Source: Octopus sinensis
Lineage: Eukaryota
Assembly: GCF_006345805.1 (NCBI RefSeq)
Contig: NC_043006.1
Coordinates: forward strand, 81,778,001-81,842,000
DNA length: 64,000 bases
Reading direction: 5' to 3'
Shown: one piece after another, positions 1 to 13,418 of the stretch
How the letters are laid out: each line of letters opens with the position of its first letter
Numbering within the stretch: the first letter of the stretch is position 1
The notes under the pieces: generated by a model
Databases searched by the model: none
Told to the model about the DNA's origin: nothing
What the model saw: the letters and a program-made list of their open reading frames with translations, nothing else
Program-made: the position numbers and the translations under genes

Positions 1-341
1 TTATCGACAAGACCTGGAAAATGTGGTAAACAAGACTGGTAAACATGCTGGAAGAGAAATCACTATTTATACACCTCCAAGATCTGACATTTCGACAAGT
101 TACCGAATCCGTTTATACACGAGAAAACAGAACCAGTTCTCTGGAGAAAATACATACGACTTCACGAACTCTCATCCATAATGAATATCTAAAATGATAC
201 AAAATATACCTCTACTTCAGAAATGTTACAAGGAATCGAGAAGACAATATGAGACTATGTAACATAGTAATATAAATTACCTTGTATATTTATTTAAAAT
301 AGTTAGCAGACAAATAGCAGACAAATAGCAGACGGTTAAAT

Positions 342-408
<67 letters not shown>

Positions 409-804
409 GACAGGCAGACAGACAGAGATAGGTGGGTGGGGAAAATGGTACGTAGTTAAGTAGGTCGATAGATTCCCGATAATAGCAAAAATACACAGAA
501 TATAATATATTATAGTGTCTTACATTCAGTTTAAATATACAAATAAATAGCATTAAAATACAGAGATGTATATACAGAGTGACAATAGCGGAAATTTAAC
601 CTACACAATGGATACAGATAGAAAGAAATCGGATACACGAAAGAAATAAAATAAAAAGACAAATAATGTTACTGATACCCTCTTTCACACCCACGCCCAT
701 TTATGTAACAACATTCCACCATCATAAATTAAATCCAATTCAGTTGGCAGAACAACAAAGCTGAAAATAGAACAAAAATACGCAAATACAGAGAAATCAT
801 TAAT

Positions 805-1370
805 TACGCGTACCACATGATGGTGGCTGCCCCTTCGTTATCGAGTATGGCCATTGCACAAAGCTTAATCAATGTTGTTATCGTGCAATGCCTGTGCAAG
901 AAGATTTTTTTAAAGTGAGGAAAGGCTGTGCACTGAGTCAATCCCACTCACTAAGCAACAGCAGCCATAATCCGAAAAGAAGAACAAGTCAACATCATCG
1001 GTAACCACTGAGCCGCATGTTTTATGTCGGAGTTATCCCAGTTACCTGAGTTACCTTCTCCTAGAAGGATGCCCTAACAAAGGCTAGGAGTCCTTCACTC
1101 CCAATGGTTTAATCGCGCGATCAGGTATTCAGTCCGAATATTTCTATGTCCCCGCGCATGATACAGCCATAAGACATTTATTGGATGGCCGTTGACTCTC
1201 AAGAGTTCCTCCGCCCTTTGACGGGTTTTGTTTTACATCCCGCAGGGTGTCCAATAAACGCCCTCTTCACCAAGCAAGCTTGGTGGGGTTGCCGGTTTAG
1301 TCGCCGACGACCCGACCATGCAACAGGTTGTACTGGGTTACATGTTACTAGTAGCACTCGAAAGTAACCT
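805..1370 (-). mobile_element. RTE-related non-coding fragment (5-prime UTR-like) or RTE-related SINE
   Basis: GC-richer island with no ORF; minus-strand motifs (ggcgactaaac, ctaggagaaggtaactc) resemble RTE 5-prime regions as I recall them. Not verified. Confidence 0.3.
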
Positions 1371-1375
1371 GACAT

Positions 1376-1517
1376 AACATTCGGCCGAGGTCGACTTTGC
1401 CTTTCATCCTTTCGGGGTCGATAAATTAAGTACCCGTGAAACACTAGGGTCAGTATAACCGACTAGTCCCCTCCCAACAAATTTGAGACCTTGTGCCTCC
1501 AGTAGAAAGTATTACTA

Positions 1518-1548
<31 letters not shown>

Positions 1549-1786
1549 TATTATTATTATTATTAAAGGCGGCGAGCTGAGAGAATCGTTAGCACACCGG
1601 GTAAGATGCTTAGTGGTATTTTGTCTGCCGCTACATTCTGAGTTCAAATTCTGCCGAGGTCGACTTTGCCTTTCATCCTTTCGGAGTCGATGAATTAAGT
1701 ACCAGTGGAACACTGGGGTCGATGAAATCGACTTACCCCTTTCTTCGAATTCCAGGCCTTGAGCCTATAGTAGAAAGGATGATCAA

Positions 1787-1840
<54 letters not shown>

Positions 1841-2146
1841 GGGGGCGAGATGGCAGAATCATTAAGGTTAGAGTTACTATGTACCAGGTTCGCATTAGAG
1901 TTGATGTAATCGACTAGCCCCCTTCCCCAAAAATTTCAGACCTTGTGACTATGGCTGACTCGCAAGCACGTCATGCAAAATGTTTAGTTGTATTCCGTCC
2001 GTCTTAACGTTCTGAGTTCAAATTCCGCCGGGTTCGAGTTTGTTATTCATCCTTTCGGGATTGATAAATACCAGTTGAGTGCTGGGGTCAATGTGATCGA
2101 TTTACCCCCTCCTCGAAATTTCTGACCTTGTACCAAAATTTTAAAC

Positions 2147-2150
<4 letters not shown>
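1376..2150 (+). mobile_element. Cluster of four tRNA-derived SINE copies (family A, Deu/Nin-like central domain) separated by (ATT)n
   Basis: Head aggcggcgagctg...gaatcgttagc and central gaggtcgactttgcctttcatcctttcggggtcgataaattaagtacc recur throughout the window. Confidence 0.85.
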
Positions 2151-2201
<51 letters not shown>

Positions 2202-2228
2202 GTTGTTGTTATCTTGTTATATTTCCAG

Positions 2229-2466
2229 CAGAAAAAGGGACCCAAAGAGCCAAAAAAATTCGCTCAACTTCCTCAGCCACCTGCAGACATGTCAGCAACA
2301 ACCCCTAAAACCCAGGCGTCTCCAGATTGTTTAGATTCCGTTGAAAATGCAAAGAAGTTTGTGAAAACGCCACCAGAAATCGTTCTTGGGCTGGAGACTG
2401 AAGACGGCGCCTGTGCATTGGTAGAAATTGATGACATTATTGACGATTCTAACCTAGCACCTGAAG
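2229..2466 (+). CDS. Internal coding exon of an unrecognised gene (first of three exons seen; upstream exons are not identified and probably lie before the window)
   Basis: Pyrimidine-rich acceptor ttccag (NAGNAG, alternative start 2232); open frame QKKGPKEPKKFAQLPQPP...DDSNLAPE; donor GAAG/gtaaga, phase 1, matching the next exon. Confidence 0.8.
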
Positions 2467-3056
2467 GTAAGACATGATACGTTCTTCAACTCTTAAGAAT
2501 AACAATTTTACGTTAGTTGTATTAGATAGACGAACACAAAAATATGGGCAGAACAGTTTATATCGCAATACAGTTACCATTTGAAATCAATTCATGAAAG
2601 AAATGGTTTGTTTATTTTCAATCACAAATCACACCTTTGGCATCCCACCCTAAAATGACAAGCATAAGTAGTAAGATAAGATATTCTGCCCTTCACACAT
2701 GCACGCATAGGTGACAGATTACCACTGTACCTGGCCTTTACTACGCCCCTATTACACAGCTGTCGATATTTTATATGTCAAGAATAAAGAACTTCTCTGG
2801 ATGCAAATTAAAGAGAAAGCATCTTTCTTGCAGGTCAATCAATCTTCTCGAGACAGAAACCAAAGTTCCCTCAAATCACAGCATACCGTCTTTATAATGA
2901 AAAGACATATTTCGTAACGTAATCACAGCTTGGTTAAATTTGAACAAAAAAAAACGGTGAATACGGCTGGAACGTCTTTGATCATAAGTATGCTAAGGAA
3001 TCTCATCAGCATGGTTTCGAAGTTTATTTCGGTTTTCCTTTTCATTTTGTAGTGAA

Positions 3057-3700
3057 GGGGCGTGGCCAAGTGATTAGGGTATTCAGCTCTCAATCGTAAG
3101 GTTGTGAGTTTCATTCCTGGCGGCGCGTTGTATCCTTGAGCAAGACACTTTATTTCATGCTGCTCCAGTCCACTCGGCTGGCAAAATTGAGGTGTACCTG
3201 TAATTCAAAGGATCAGCCTTGTCACATTCTGTGTCATGCCCAATCTCCTTGTAAACTACGTTAAGGGCATGCATGTTTGTGGGGCGAGCTGGCAGAAACG
3301 TTAGCACGCCGGGCGAAATGCTTTGCGGTATTTCGTCTGCCGTTACGTTCTGAGTTCAAATTCCGCCGAGGTCGACTTTGCCTTTCATTCTTACGGGGTC
3401 GATTAAAGTACTGGGGTCGATATAATCGACTTAATCCGTTTGTCTGTCCTTGTTTGTCCTCTCTGTGTTTAGCCCCTTGTGGGTAGTAAAGAAATAGGTA
3501 TGCGTGTTTGTGGGGCGCTCAACCACTTGCAGACTAATTTCACAAGTGATCGGATCAACTGGACCCTTCATCCTCTTAACCGACGGAGTTCCAGTATCTA
3601 TTCTGCAAAAACTAGTCTTCAGTTAATCCAAATATTGAGACCTCAGAAAATTTCACAAGCCCTCCTGCAACAAATCTCTCACATAGTCCCTAGGTATGCT
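3057..3700 (+). mobile_element. tRNA-derived CORE-like SINE (family C) interrupted by a nested family A SINE (about 3283-3499)
   Basis: Head ggcgtggccaagtgattagg, CORE-like ccttgagcaagacacttt; an 18-bp near-perfect duplication at 3269-3286 and 3500-3517 flanks the nested copy. Confidence 0.75.
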
Positions 3701-3983
3701 CAATTAGGGCTGATCTGTAATACTGAAGAACAAAACAACAGCAACAACTACTGCTGCTGCTGTTGTTGTTGTTGTTGTTAAGCAACAAGACGGGTAAGGG
3801 TGATTAGGTGATGGTCTAGAGCTTAGGGGCGGGAGACCCCAGACCTTGGAAAAAAACTTTGGTCGTCTTGTTGTAGTCGAGAGCTCTTCGTTGACGCCCG
3901 ACACCACTGGGAGGTGGCCCTCGAAGTCGCTGGAAATGGAGATCTCCAGATCCAAATTCTTGAACGGCTGCTGCTGCTACTGT

Positions 3984-4016
<33 letters not shown>

Positions 4017-4345
4017 AAAAACTCCTTTGGCTATCAGTGAATAGAAAAATGCAAGTAACATTTTGTTATACTGTTTTATATATTCTTTTAAATTATGCTT
4101 GAAGGAAAAACATTATAAATCCTCTACTTTGTGTGCACTGATTGAAAGATTGATTTATATACACGTACTTTGTTCATAGCTTTGCGTAAATATTTCCTAT
4201 ACATATAAAACAAATGTGCACGCGTAAGAGTGCCTACGTATTTTACCTATATAGGTAGGCTTGTGATGTGAGGCAAAAACGGAAAAAAATTAAAGAGCCG
4301 GTGGGGAGAGAAAAAGAGAGAGGGAGAAGAGAGAGAGTGTGTGTA

Positions 4346-4409
<64 letters not shown>

Positions 4410-5134
4410 AGAGAGAGATTGTGTTGATGTGGTTGCTAAAATATTTATACACTAAGAAAACAATTCCGTTTTTATCATTATTATTGTTGTTGTTGTTTTT
4501 CTATAAGAAAATAATGAGTGTATGTAAAAAGGCGTGAGGAGAAAATTGCTCGGTATTAAGCAATAAAATCACAACAATATGAAGCCGAGGAAAAATATAG
4601 CAATATTCCAAGCTACTTATCTTTAAACGCGAAGCTGTTTCCATGCACAAGTGGGATGGACTTAACCGAGGAATTTTGTGCAGAAGAGGTTTTATTTTTT
4701 CAGCACCATTACGTGCAAGAGTGATGAGAGGAACAAATACACTTCGAGAGAGTAGAGACAAAATAGATAGAGACGGAGGGTAAGAGAGGGGGAAAATGAA
4801 AGTGAAAGTGGAAAAGAACCGGTGGACGAAAAACCTTAAGAGTGAGATAAAAATCTTTTAAGATCACATATATTCCATATATTACTCACATTATGCGTTG
4901 CTGCTTTAACTTATGCATTTATTGGATTCCTATTTATTTTATAATCTTTCTTAGATGTGTATGTGGCCAACATACACGCACACACACACGCACATTCATA
5001 CACAAATATTTTATGTATACGTTACACATACATACGTATGTATGCAATGTTTATAGATAAGTAGGTAAGTAGACAGATTGAGTGATTGATAGATTGATAA
5101 ATGCTGTTCTCTTACGTGTGTGTATGCATGTATA

Positions 5135-6282
<1,148 letters not shown>

Positions 6283-6859
6283 CGACGATCAGGACAGGGA
6301 CATCCTTGCAGTACAAACACGGACGAAGCAATCACAAGGCTACAAAAGGTCAGATTCACTCTTTGCGCACCTTTCTTGCATATCTGCATTGAAATTGATT
6401 TTCGTTCAAGAAACATACCGAGAGCTACGACTTACGTTAAACAGAGTTACTCTCTACTCCCATAAACTGCATAATTTAATCGGTTGATTAATATCTATCT
6501 AACTGAAGACGAGAAAAAGATACATCATCATCATCTTTGCGTATCTTCTTTGAAACTTTGTGATGCTGTCCAAGTTGGAAAAAAACACTGACGTACTGCT
6601 TTGTAGAGAAATCAAAAGGTGTGGTTGTTCTACGTGACTTTTAAAGAGAGAAGTTCTGAATGTTTTTTCCGATATTCTATTGGAGCTGGTTTTTCCAAGT
6701 GATATAGAAAAGACATGTGAAAAAAATGTGCTGTTGTGGCTTATATATTTCGAGTCAAATTAAACAGTTTATCAAAACTTAGCTGTCTATAGAAGCGTTA
6801 TTGTTTCTTTGGAAACTTTCTATTCCCATTTGCTACGAATGCGTGCGTGTGAATATGTG

Positions 6860-6915
6860 TGTTTATGTATGTGTGTATAGGGTATATATATATATATATG
6901 TTATGTATATAACAG

Positions 6916-6946
<31 letters not shown>

Positions 6947-7337
6947 CCTATATATATACATATATATATATATATACAATATATATATACATGCATACAT
7001 ATATATATACATACATATAATACATACATATATATATATATAATATATATATATATATATTGTATGTATATATATGTATGTATATATATATGTATGCATG
7101 TATATATATATGTATATATATATGTATTTGTATGTATATATATATATGTATGTATGTATGTATATATATATGTGTATATATATGTATGTATGTATGTATG
7201 TATATTATATATATATATTGTATTTATATATATAGTATGTATGTATATATATGGGTATATATATATGTATGTATGTATATAATATATATGTGTGTATATT
7301 TATAATATATATACATGTGTGTGTGTGTGTATGTATA

Positions 7338-7402
<65 letters not shown>

Positions 7403-7808
7403 TATACACATTTAATATGTGCGTGCGTGTATATGTACTTGCGCGTGGTAATTAGTCGCTAAAACATACTTATCAGTTTTGTCTGTGAAAGAGTGTATTG
7501 ACTATAAAGCGATTGCTGACGTCATAGATAAGAACAAATATAGAATTGTTTCGTCTTTTATATTTTATTTTTATTTTTGTGTTCTTTTTTGTTTTGTACG
7601 AATAAAATCGATCGCTTCCCTTGACTCACTAAATTATCAAATCACTTATGTTTCATTTGGTTCGACACTTCGTTTATTTATTTTTTTTTGTTCTTTTTTT
7701 TTAATAGTAATGGAAAATAATAGATACGCTTTAAAACAAGCAAAAAAAAGCAAATGTTGCTGATGCATAAACCAAGGCAATTCCAAATATGTTTATGTGA
7801 CACATACA

Positions 7809-7866
<58 letters not shown>

Positions 7867-8196
7867 CCATATTCCATATGCACCCGAACTAATGACTTCG
7901 AAGTTTCGCAGGTAGTGTCAAGAACTAGTTTGATTGACAAATAGATATTGTCCACCCTGTTCTATCTATCTATCTGTCTATATGTATGTATATCTGTGTG
8001 TATCTGTTTCTCTGTTTGTCACTATGTGTGTGTATGTATGTATGTACGTATGTATGTATGTATATATGTATGTATGTATGTATGTATGTACGTATGTATG
8101 TACGTATGTATGTATGTATGTATGCATGGATGGATGGATGGATGTATGGATGTCTGCGTATCGATCGATCAATCTAACTGTCTGTCTGTCTATGTG

Positions 8197-8245
<49 letters not shown>

Positions 8246-8420
8246 CCAGCTGAAATTGCAATGATAACCTGGAATTCGACTGGGGAAAGAAAACTCCGAA
8301 TAAACCGTCCTTGTTTTCTTTGTATCGTCTATCTGGATGTTTTCGTTCTTGTCCCATTTTGTATATATATATATATATATATATAGAGATATATATACAT
8401 ACACACACGCAAACACATAC
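6860..8420. repeat. Degenerate (AT)n/(ATGT)n/(CA)n microsatellite region
   Basis: Seen directly; source of many spurious YIYI/VCVC ORFs. Confidence 0.9.
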
Positions 8421-9067
8421 ACTCACAGCTCTCCTTCCTACATTGATAACAATGTAAGGTTGCTAACAATATGATGTTACAATAAGGTTAAGCCAACACA
8501 AAAGACTAGGATAGGAAAACTAGCGATAAAAGATTAACACGAAAACACAGGAATAAACTCTTTATTTCTTGAATTTACTGAGGTAGGTCTGAAATGAAAT
8601 CTTGTTCTACTGGCCACTGCGTGATGTATGACAAAGAAAAGACTGTAGCCATTGATCAAGCATTTAGAAACAAAACAGGATGACTGTGTAGACAAAAGTG
8701 TAATTCTCTAATTGTTTCAAAAGAAAACGCAATTGATAACAATTAAAAGTGCAATCGAAACTTCTTTACAAACCAGCATCTCATAAAACCACCACCTACT
8801 GAGCGAACACAAGCGTTTCCAGAAAGGTTTGTTTGTATCATGTATTTCATAATGTGTATCTTAAAGTAACTGTCTGATAAGCAGGAAGCTGATTGAATGT
8901 GTCCATTTATCGAACAAAACAGGTTATCTTCCCTTATTTTTTTCTATTTTTCTCTGACTTACGAATGACCTTGATAATATAGACCAGTGGTTCTCAACTG
9001 GGATCCATATGGCCCTTGGGGGTCCGTATAAGATTTTGTTGTTAAAATTAGTTATACTTCTACAATA

Positions 9068-9288
9068 AGGCGGCGAGCTGGCAGAAACGTTAGCACGCCA
9101 GGCGAAATGTCTAGCGGTATTTCGTCTGCTGTTACATTCTGAGTTCAAATTCCGCCGAGGTCGACTTTGCCTTTCATCCTTTCGGGGTCGATAAATTAAG
9201 TACCAGTTACGCACTAGGGTCGATGTAATCGACTTAATCCCTTTGTTTGTCCACTCTATGTTTAGCCCCTTGTGGGTAGTAAAGAAAT
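9068..9288 (+). mobile_element. Full-length family A SINE
   Basis: Complete head, central domain and tail ...agccccttgtgggtagtaaagaaa; most CpGs intact. Confidence 0.9.
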
Positions 9289-9853
9289 GTATTCTTCTAC
9301 AATACACAAAATATTTTAATTTCTTTGCACAATTCCTAATAATATGTTATTATAAAATCATAATAGGACTTTTAAACATTGAATGGCTAAGAGGGTCCAT
9401 CCGAGTAAAACAGAAATCAAAGTGGTCCATAGATTTTAAAAATGGTTTAGAAATGCTGATATAGACAGATGGTTATATCGATAGAAGTACTGGACATTTA
9501 GCCAAAGAGTCGATGTTTTGTACTGTAGAACATCAAAGGATTTTAGCACCAAGGGTCAGGCGGGGCCTGAGCCTTAGGGTATCACCCTTTTAATTAACAG
9601 GCATTTTGAGCTTCATGTATTTTTCTGTCTCTTCATAACTGGCACCTGGAGACGAGGAATTTCCCCTATTCTTTTATGATAAATTTGTGTTGATGATTTC
9701 TAACTTTAGTACAGGGGCTCGAATTTACACGAGAATCATAATCGGCTCCAGTACTTGACTGGTACTTTATTCTACCGAGGCAAAGTTTGAGCTCGACGGG
9801 ACTTGAATTCAGAAAGTAAAGGACAGGAACAAGTATAACAAAGCTTTCCATCC

Positions 9854-9887
<34 letters not shown>

Positions 9888-9960
9888 AGTACCCGTCATA
9901 TGACGGAGAACTTTAGATGTATATACATACATACAAACACACACACACACATATACACAT

Positions 9961-10385
9961 ATCATCATCATCGTTTAATGTGCGCCTTCCATGCATGAAT
10001 GGGTAGGCTGGTTGACAACAGCTGGCCAGACAGAAGACTACCCCAGGCTACTGTATCTGTTTTGGCAGTGTTTTTTCACGTGGATGCCTACTCCGCAGAT
10101 TTGAACTCAGTGTTTTTTTTTTTTACGTGGCACTCGTATAGGTGAGGTCAGTTTTGGCATGATTTTTACAGCTGGATGCCCTCCCAAATGCCAACCACTT
10201 TACAGTGTAGGATTTTCACGTGACACCAGCACTGGCAGGATCACCAAGTAACTTGCAAGACAAAGAATTTTGAGCGGGGCGGCTGCATTTGAAAAGGCAC
10301 TTTTGTGTCTGATGATGAAAGGTTGGAGTGTGACAGAGAGACAGGGAAACAGAAGCAGGTGTCTTGCTATAGAGAATCTATATGG
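9961..10385 (-). mobile_element. RTE-tail SINE or non-autonomous element (family E)
   Basis: Starts catcatcatcgtttaa on +, the reverse of a ...ttaaacgatgatgatg tail; related copies at about 11570-11820 (+), 22026-22235 (-), 60775-61080 (-) and 61770-62400 (+). Confidence 0.6.
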
Positions 10386-10628
10386 AGCCCTAAATAAGCA
10401 TTCATAACATCTGCAAACAGAACGTTTCCAAGGAAACAATAACAGTTGTGCTTGAACATAATCCAGGACCGAAATGCATTTTTCGTATTTTGCTTTGAGA
10501 TATTACGCCATTCCTTTTTGTTTTTCGTTTTTTTTTTTTTTTAAGATATTGGTATGTAATGAAATTATTAAGTTTTCTGTGTACCGACATGACTTCGTCT
10601 TATATCTAAACCATCTCTTTCTCTTCAG

Positions 10629-10714
10629 ATATCACTGGTAACGTACGAAGAAGTTCAATAACGGAGAAATTGAACAAAAGCAGAGAATCAGAAGCTAAAG
10701 TTGCAGAGATGAAG
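10629..10714 (+). CDS. Internal coding exon of the same gene
   Basis: Acceptor ctctttctcttcag and donor AAG/gtaaga; 86 nt, phase 1 in and phase 0 out; encodes (D)ITGNVRRSSITEKLNKSRESEAKVAEMK in frame with both neighbours. Confidence 0.8.
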
Positions 10715-10815
10715 GTAAGAATTCCCACTAATAATATCACACTAGTTTATATATATATAAGGGTGCAAAGTAGCACCTACAATTGCTAGAAGTAAGAGCC
10801 AAAATATAACTCGAA

Positions 10816-10958
10816 TACATTATTTACATTTTACGGATATTTGTCCTCATCTTGTTTGTTGTTAACACAACGTTTTGGCTGATATACCCTCCAGCGTTCA
10901 TCAGGTGTCTTGGGAAAATTTCGAACCTGGGTTCTCATTCCTAAGGTATTTTTCGATA

Positions 10959-11016
<58 letters not shown>

Positions 11017-11175
11017 CATTATTATTATTATTATTGAGGTCACTGTCTGGAATCGAACTCGGAATCTTGGGGTTAGTAGTCCGCGCTCTAAATCACTACG
11101 CCATATGCCCGTGCGTAGTGGTTAAGAGCGCGGGCTACTAACCCCAAGATTCAGAGTTCGATTCGAGGCAGGGAT

Positions 11176-11227
<52 letters not shown>

Positions 11228-11423
11228 TAATAATAATAATAATGACATCGAAAACTACCTTGGGAATGAGAATCCAGATTCGAAATCTCCCCAAGACACC
11301 TGATGAAGGCTGGAGGGTATATCAGCCGAAACGTTGTGTTAACAACAAACAAGATGAGGACAATTATCTGTCAAATGTAAATAATCTACATAATTCCTCA
11401 TCTCTTAAATATAGAACTGTATC
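10816..11423. mobile_element. Head-to-head inverted dimer of a tRNA-headed SINE-like element with (AAT)n linker and hammerhead-bearing tail
   Basis: Arms 10816-11101 and 11113-11388 are reverse complements around an 11-nt loop; A box tagtggttaagagc and B box gttcgattc; target-site duplication ATAACTCGAA at 10806-10815 and 11424-11433. Confidence 0.85.
11296..11340 (+). ncRNA. Minimal type I hammerhead ribozyme motif (C3-G8, GUU site)
   Basis: ACAC-CUGAUGA-A-GGCUG(gagggtatat)CAGCC-GAAA-CG-UU-GUGU: stem I 4-5 bp, stem II 5 bp, palindromic stem III ACGU. The inverted mate at 10865-10908 (-) has G12A and a stem II mismatch. Confidence 0.7.
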
Positions 11424-11454
11424 ATAACTCGAAAAGCCACACAAAATTCAACGG

Positions 11455-11495
<41 letters not shown>

Positions 11496-12039
11496 CTTTC
11501 TCAATACAAACTGTTTCACACGTGCATAGCTTGACACCTGTTCCTGTCCCTCTGTTATACTTCTACCTCCTTCAATACTATACCCCACTTGGTTGAGTAG
11601 TCTTGTCTTGTCAGTACCTGGTGACCTCACTAATGCCGGTGCCATGAAAAAAAGGCACCCAACGCAGTCAGTAAAGCGGTGGGTGTTAGGCAGGGCGACC
11701 AGCTATAGAAACCATGTCAAAGTAGGCACTGCAGCCCGGTACAACCCTCTGGCTCGTCGATTTCTGTCGAACCATTCAACCCACGCCAGACGGATAAAGT
11801 GACATGTAAAGATGACGTAACATTAGGTTTTGTCTTGAGAGTTTTGTATGAGAGAAAGAGAAGGAAGAAGTACAGCCGTCAAGCACTCCCTAAATAATTA
11901 TTCATATATTTATTTCACCTTTACTGAGTCTGGTCATTCAGTCGTTGTTGATAGCGCACAGCATTAGGTTGGCTGCGTGTGAATATGAAAATTACCAGAC
12001 TAATAATATACGTTTCCATAATCTCTATCATCCGGAATA

Positions 12040-12828
12040 CAGTCAACTCTCGCTACTATGCCACCCTGCGGGACTGAGCCAAAGTGGCATAGTACCGAGA
12101 GTGGCATAGTACTGAGAGTATGTTATCTAAACACTACATAACCAAAAATTTACTGAACATACGAATAAAAATTCATAGGGTAGGAAGTAAGGCCAATAAG
12201 AAGTTCAATGCAATGGTAAAAAGAAGACATCCAAGTTTATTAAGTTCAGATTGATTTTAGTTAATCCCGAAGCTCTCAAAAATTGTCGGCTGACGCATCT
12301 TCTTTCGGCAGATTTCATTCATTTCGTTGTCTAGCCTATCACACGACTGCATGACGCTGGGTTTTCCGCTGCTCTGCTGCTGCATAAACTTTCGGATAGT
12401 GCTCCATGCTCTCTGGGCATCTGCAAACGAAACGTATTCCTCTTCCACAATTACCTCGTCGTCTTCACTTTCCACCGGCTCTTCGTTATGCATTACCTCC
12501 TTTGCTATTTCTTCTAGAGTGAAACATGTCGGACAATACAAGGGGCGGTAACTTGTATCAGATATTACTAATGATACGAGGGGCCCGACAATAACGTTTT
12601 TCGCAGCATCGATAATCTCCTTCTTTTCCTTCAGCGTAAACTCAGTCCGCTTGCGTTTCTGAGCTGACATTGTGTGCTACTTTCTGAACTTTTCCACAAG
12701 ATTACAAATACGAAATGTACAAAATGTAGGAGTACAAAATTTCGAAAAGTTGCGTGCGCTTCAGTTTAAAACTGGCATAGTAGCGAGGTGGCATAGTAGT
12801 GAGGTGGCATAGTAGCGAGAGTTGACTG
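12040..12828 (-). mobile_element. Internally deleted Tigger/pogo-type (Tc1/mariner superfamily) DNA transposon
   Basis: Perfect 26-bp TIRs cagtcaactctcgctactatgccacc (12040-12065 and 12803-12828); TA duplication at 12038-12039 and 12829-12830; subterminal tggcatagta repeats at both ends. Confidence 0.9.
12257..12670 (-). CDS. 137-aa truncated Tigger-type transposase ORF (start of the N-terminal HTH fused to the acidic C-terminal tail; no DDE domain)
   Basis: MSAQKRKRTEFTLKEKKEII resembles the CENP-B/Tigger N-terminus; the acidic ESEDDEVIVEEE segment and KMRQPTIFESF resemble Tigger C-termini; AATAAA at 12236-12241 (-) just after the stop. Confidence 0.6.
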   Translation of the reverse strand: MSAQKRKRTEFTLKEKKEIIDAAKNVIVGPLVSLVISDTSYRPLYCPTCFTLEEIAKEVMHNEEPVESEDDEVIVEEEYVSFADAQRAWSTIRKFMQQQSSGKPSVMQSCDRLDNEMNEICRKKMRQPTIFESFGIN

Positions 12829-13418
12829 TATTTACATTCATATATGTATAAATAAAAATTTGAATAATACAGAATATATGACCGTGATGGTTAAAAGTTT
12901 TCATTACATAAAATAGTTATTATATGAAAATTAAAGACAGAATAAGTAGGGAGTGAGGACACCATATCACAAAATACACGGACCGAGTGTAGCATCTGCA
13001 GTTGTTCTATATCTCAGTTTTTTATAATATTCAGTCAAACTTCTAAAACCTTCGACAGAACTATTTGGCAGCAAGATTCACTAGACTTACTTTCAAGTCT
13101 ACTGCTTATTTGGTTATACAATAGTTGTACTGATTGCTCAAACCGGGTTCGTGAAGGCATTAATACTTTTTGTCGCGACAGTTAATTTCTTATGCTTGGT
13201 CCTTGTGGCAATATAATTAGGCCGTGTTCCTACACTAGAGGTCGGAGCGAGATAGTTCAAAACTCAGAGGCCACGTTACACATTGGTATCTAGGCATGGT
13301 TTAAACATATAACAGTGAAGTAATAAACCAATATGTCATCTTGTCCTACGCTATTCTATAATTAAGTAGTTACGAATAAAAGAACAATGTAAAGAATTTC
13401 TATTCTAAATATTATATA

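Noticed and set aside
1-260. Possible LINE coding remnant at the window start
   Set aside because: Stops in all three + frames and no motif I can assign.
1291-1348. HDV-like ribozyme at the 5-prime end of the RTE-related fragment (minus strand)
   Set aside because: Partial P1, P2 and P4-like pairings and a CUAAA segment exist, but P1 has two mismatches and P3/L3 spacing does not fit the HDV fold.
11037-11178. tRNA genes
   Set aside because: A and B boxes are present, but no complete acceptor stem or cloverleaf forms and the sequence runs into (AAT)n; these are SINE heads.
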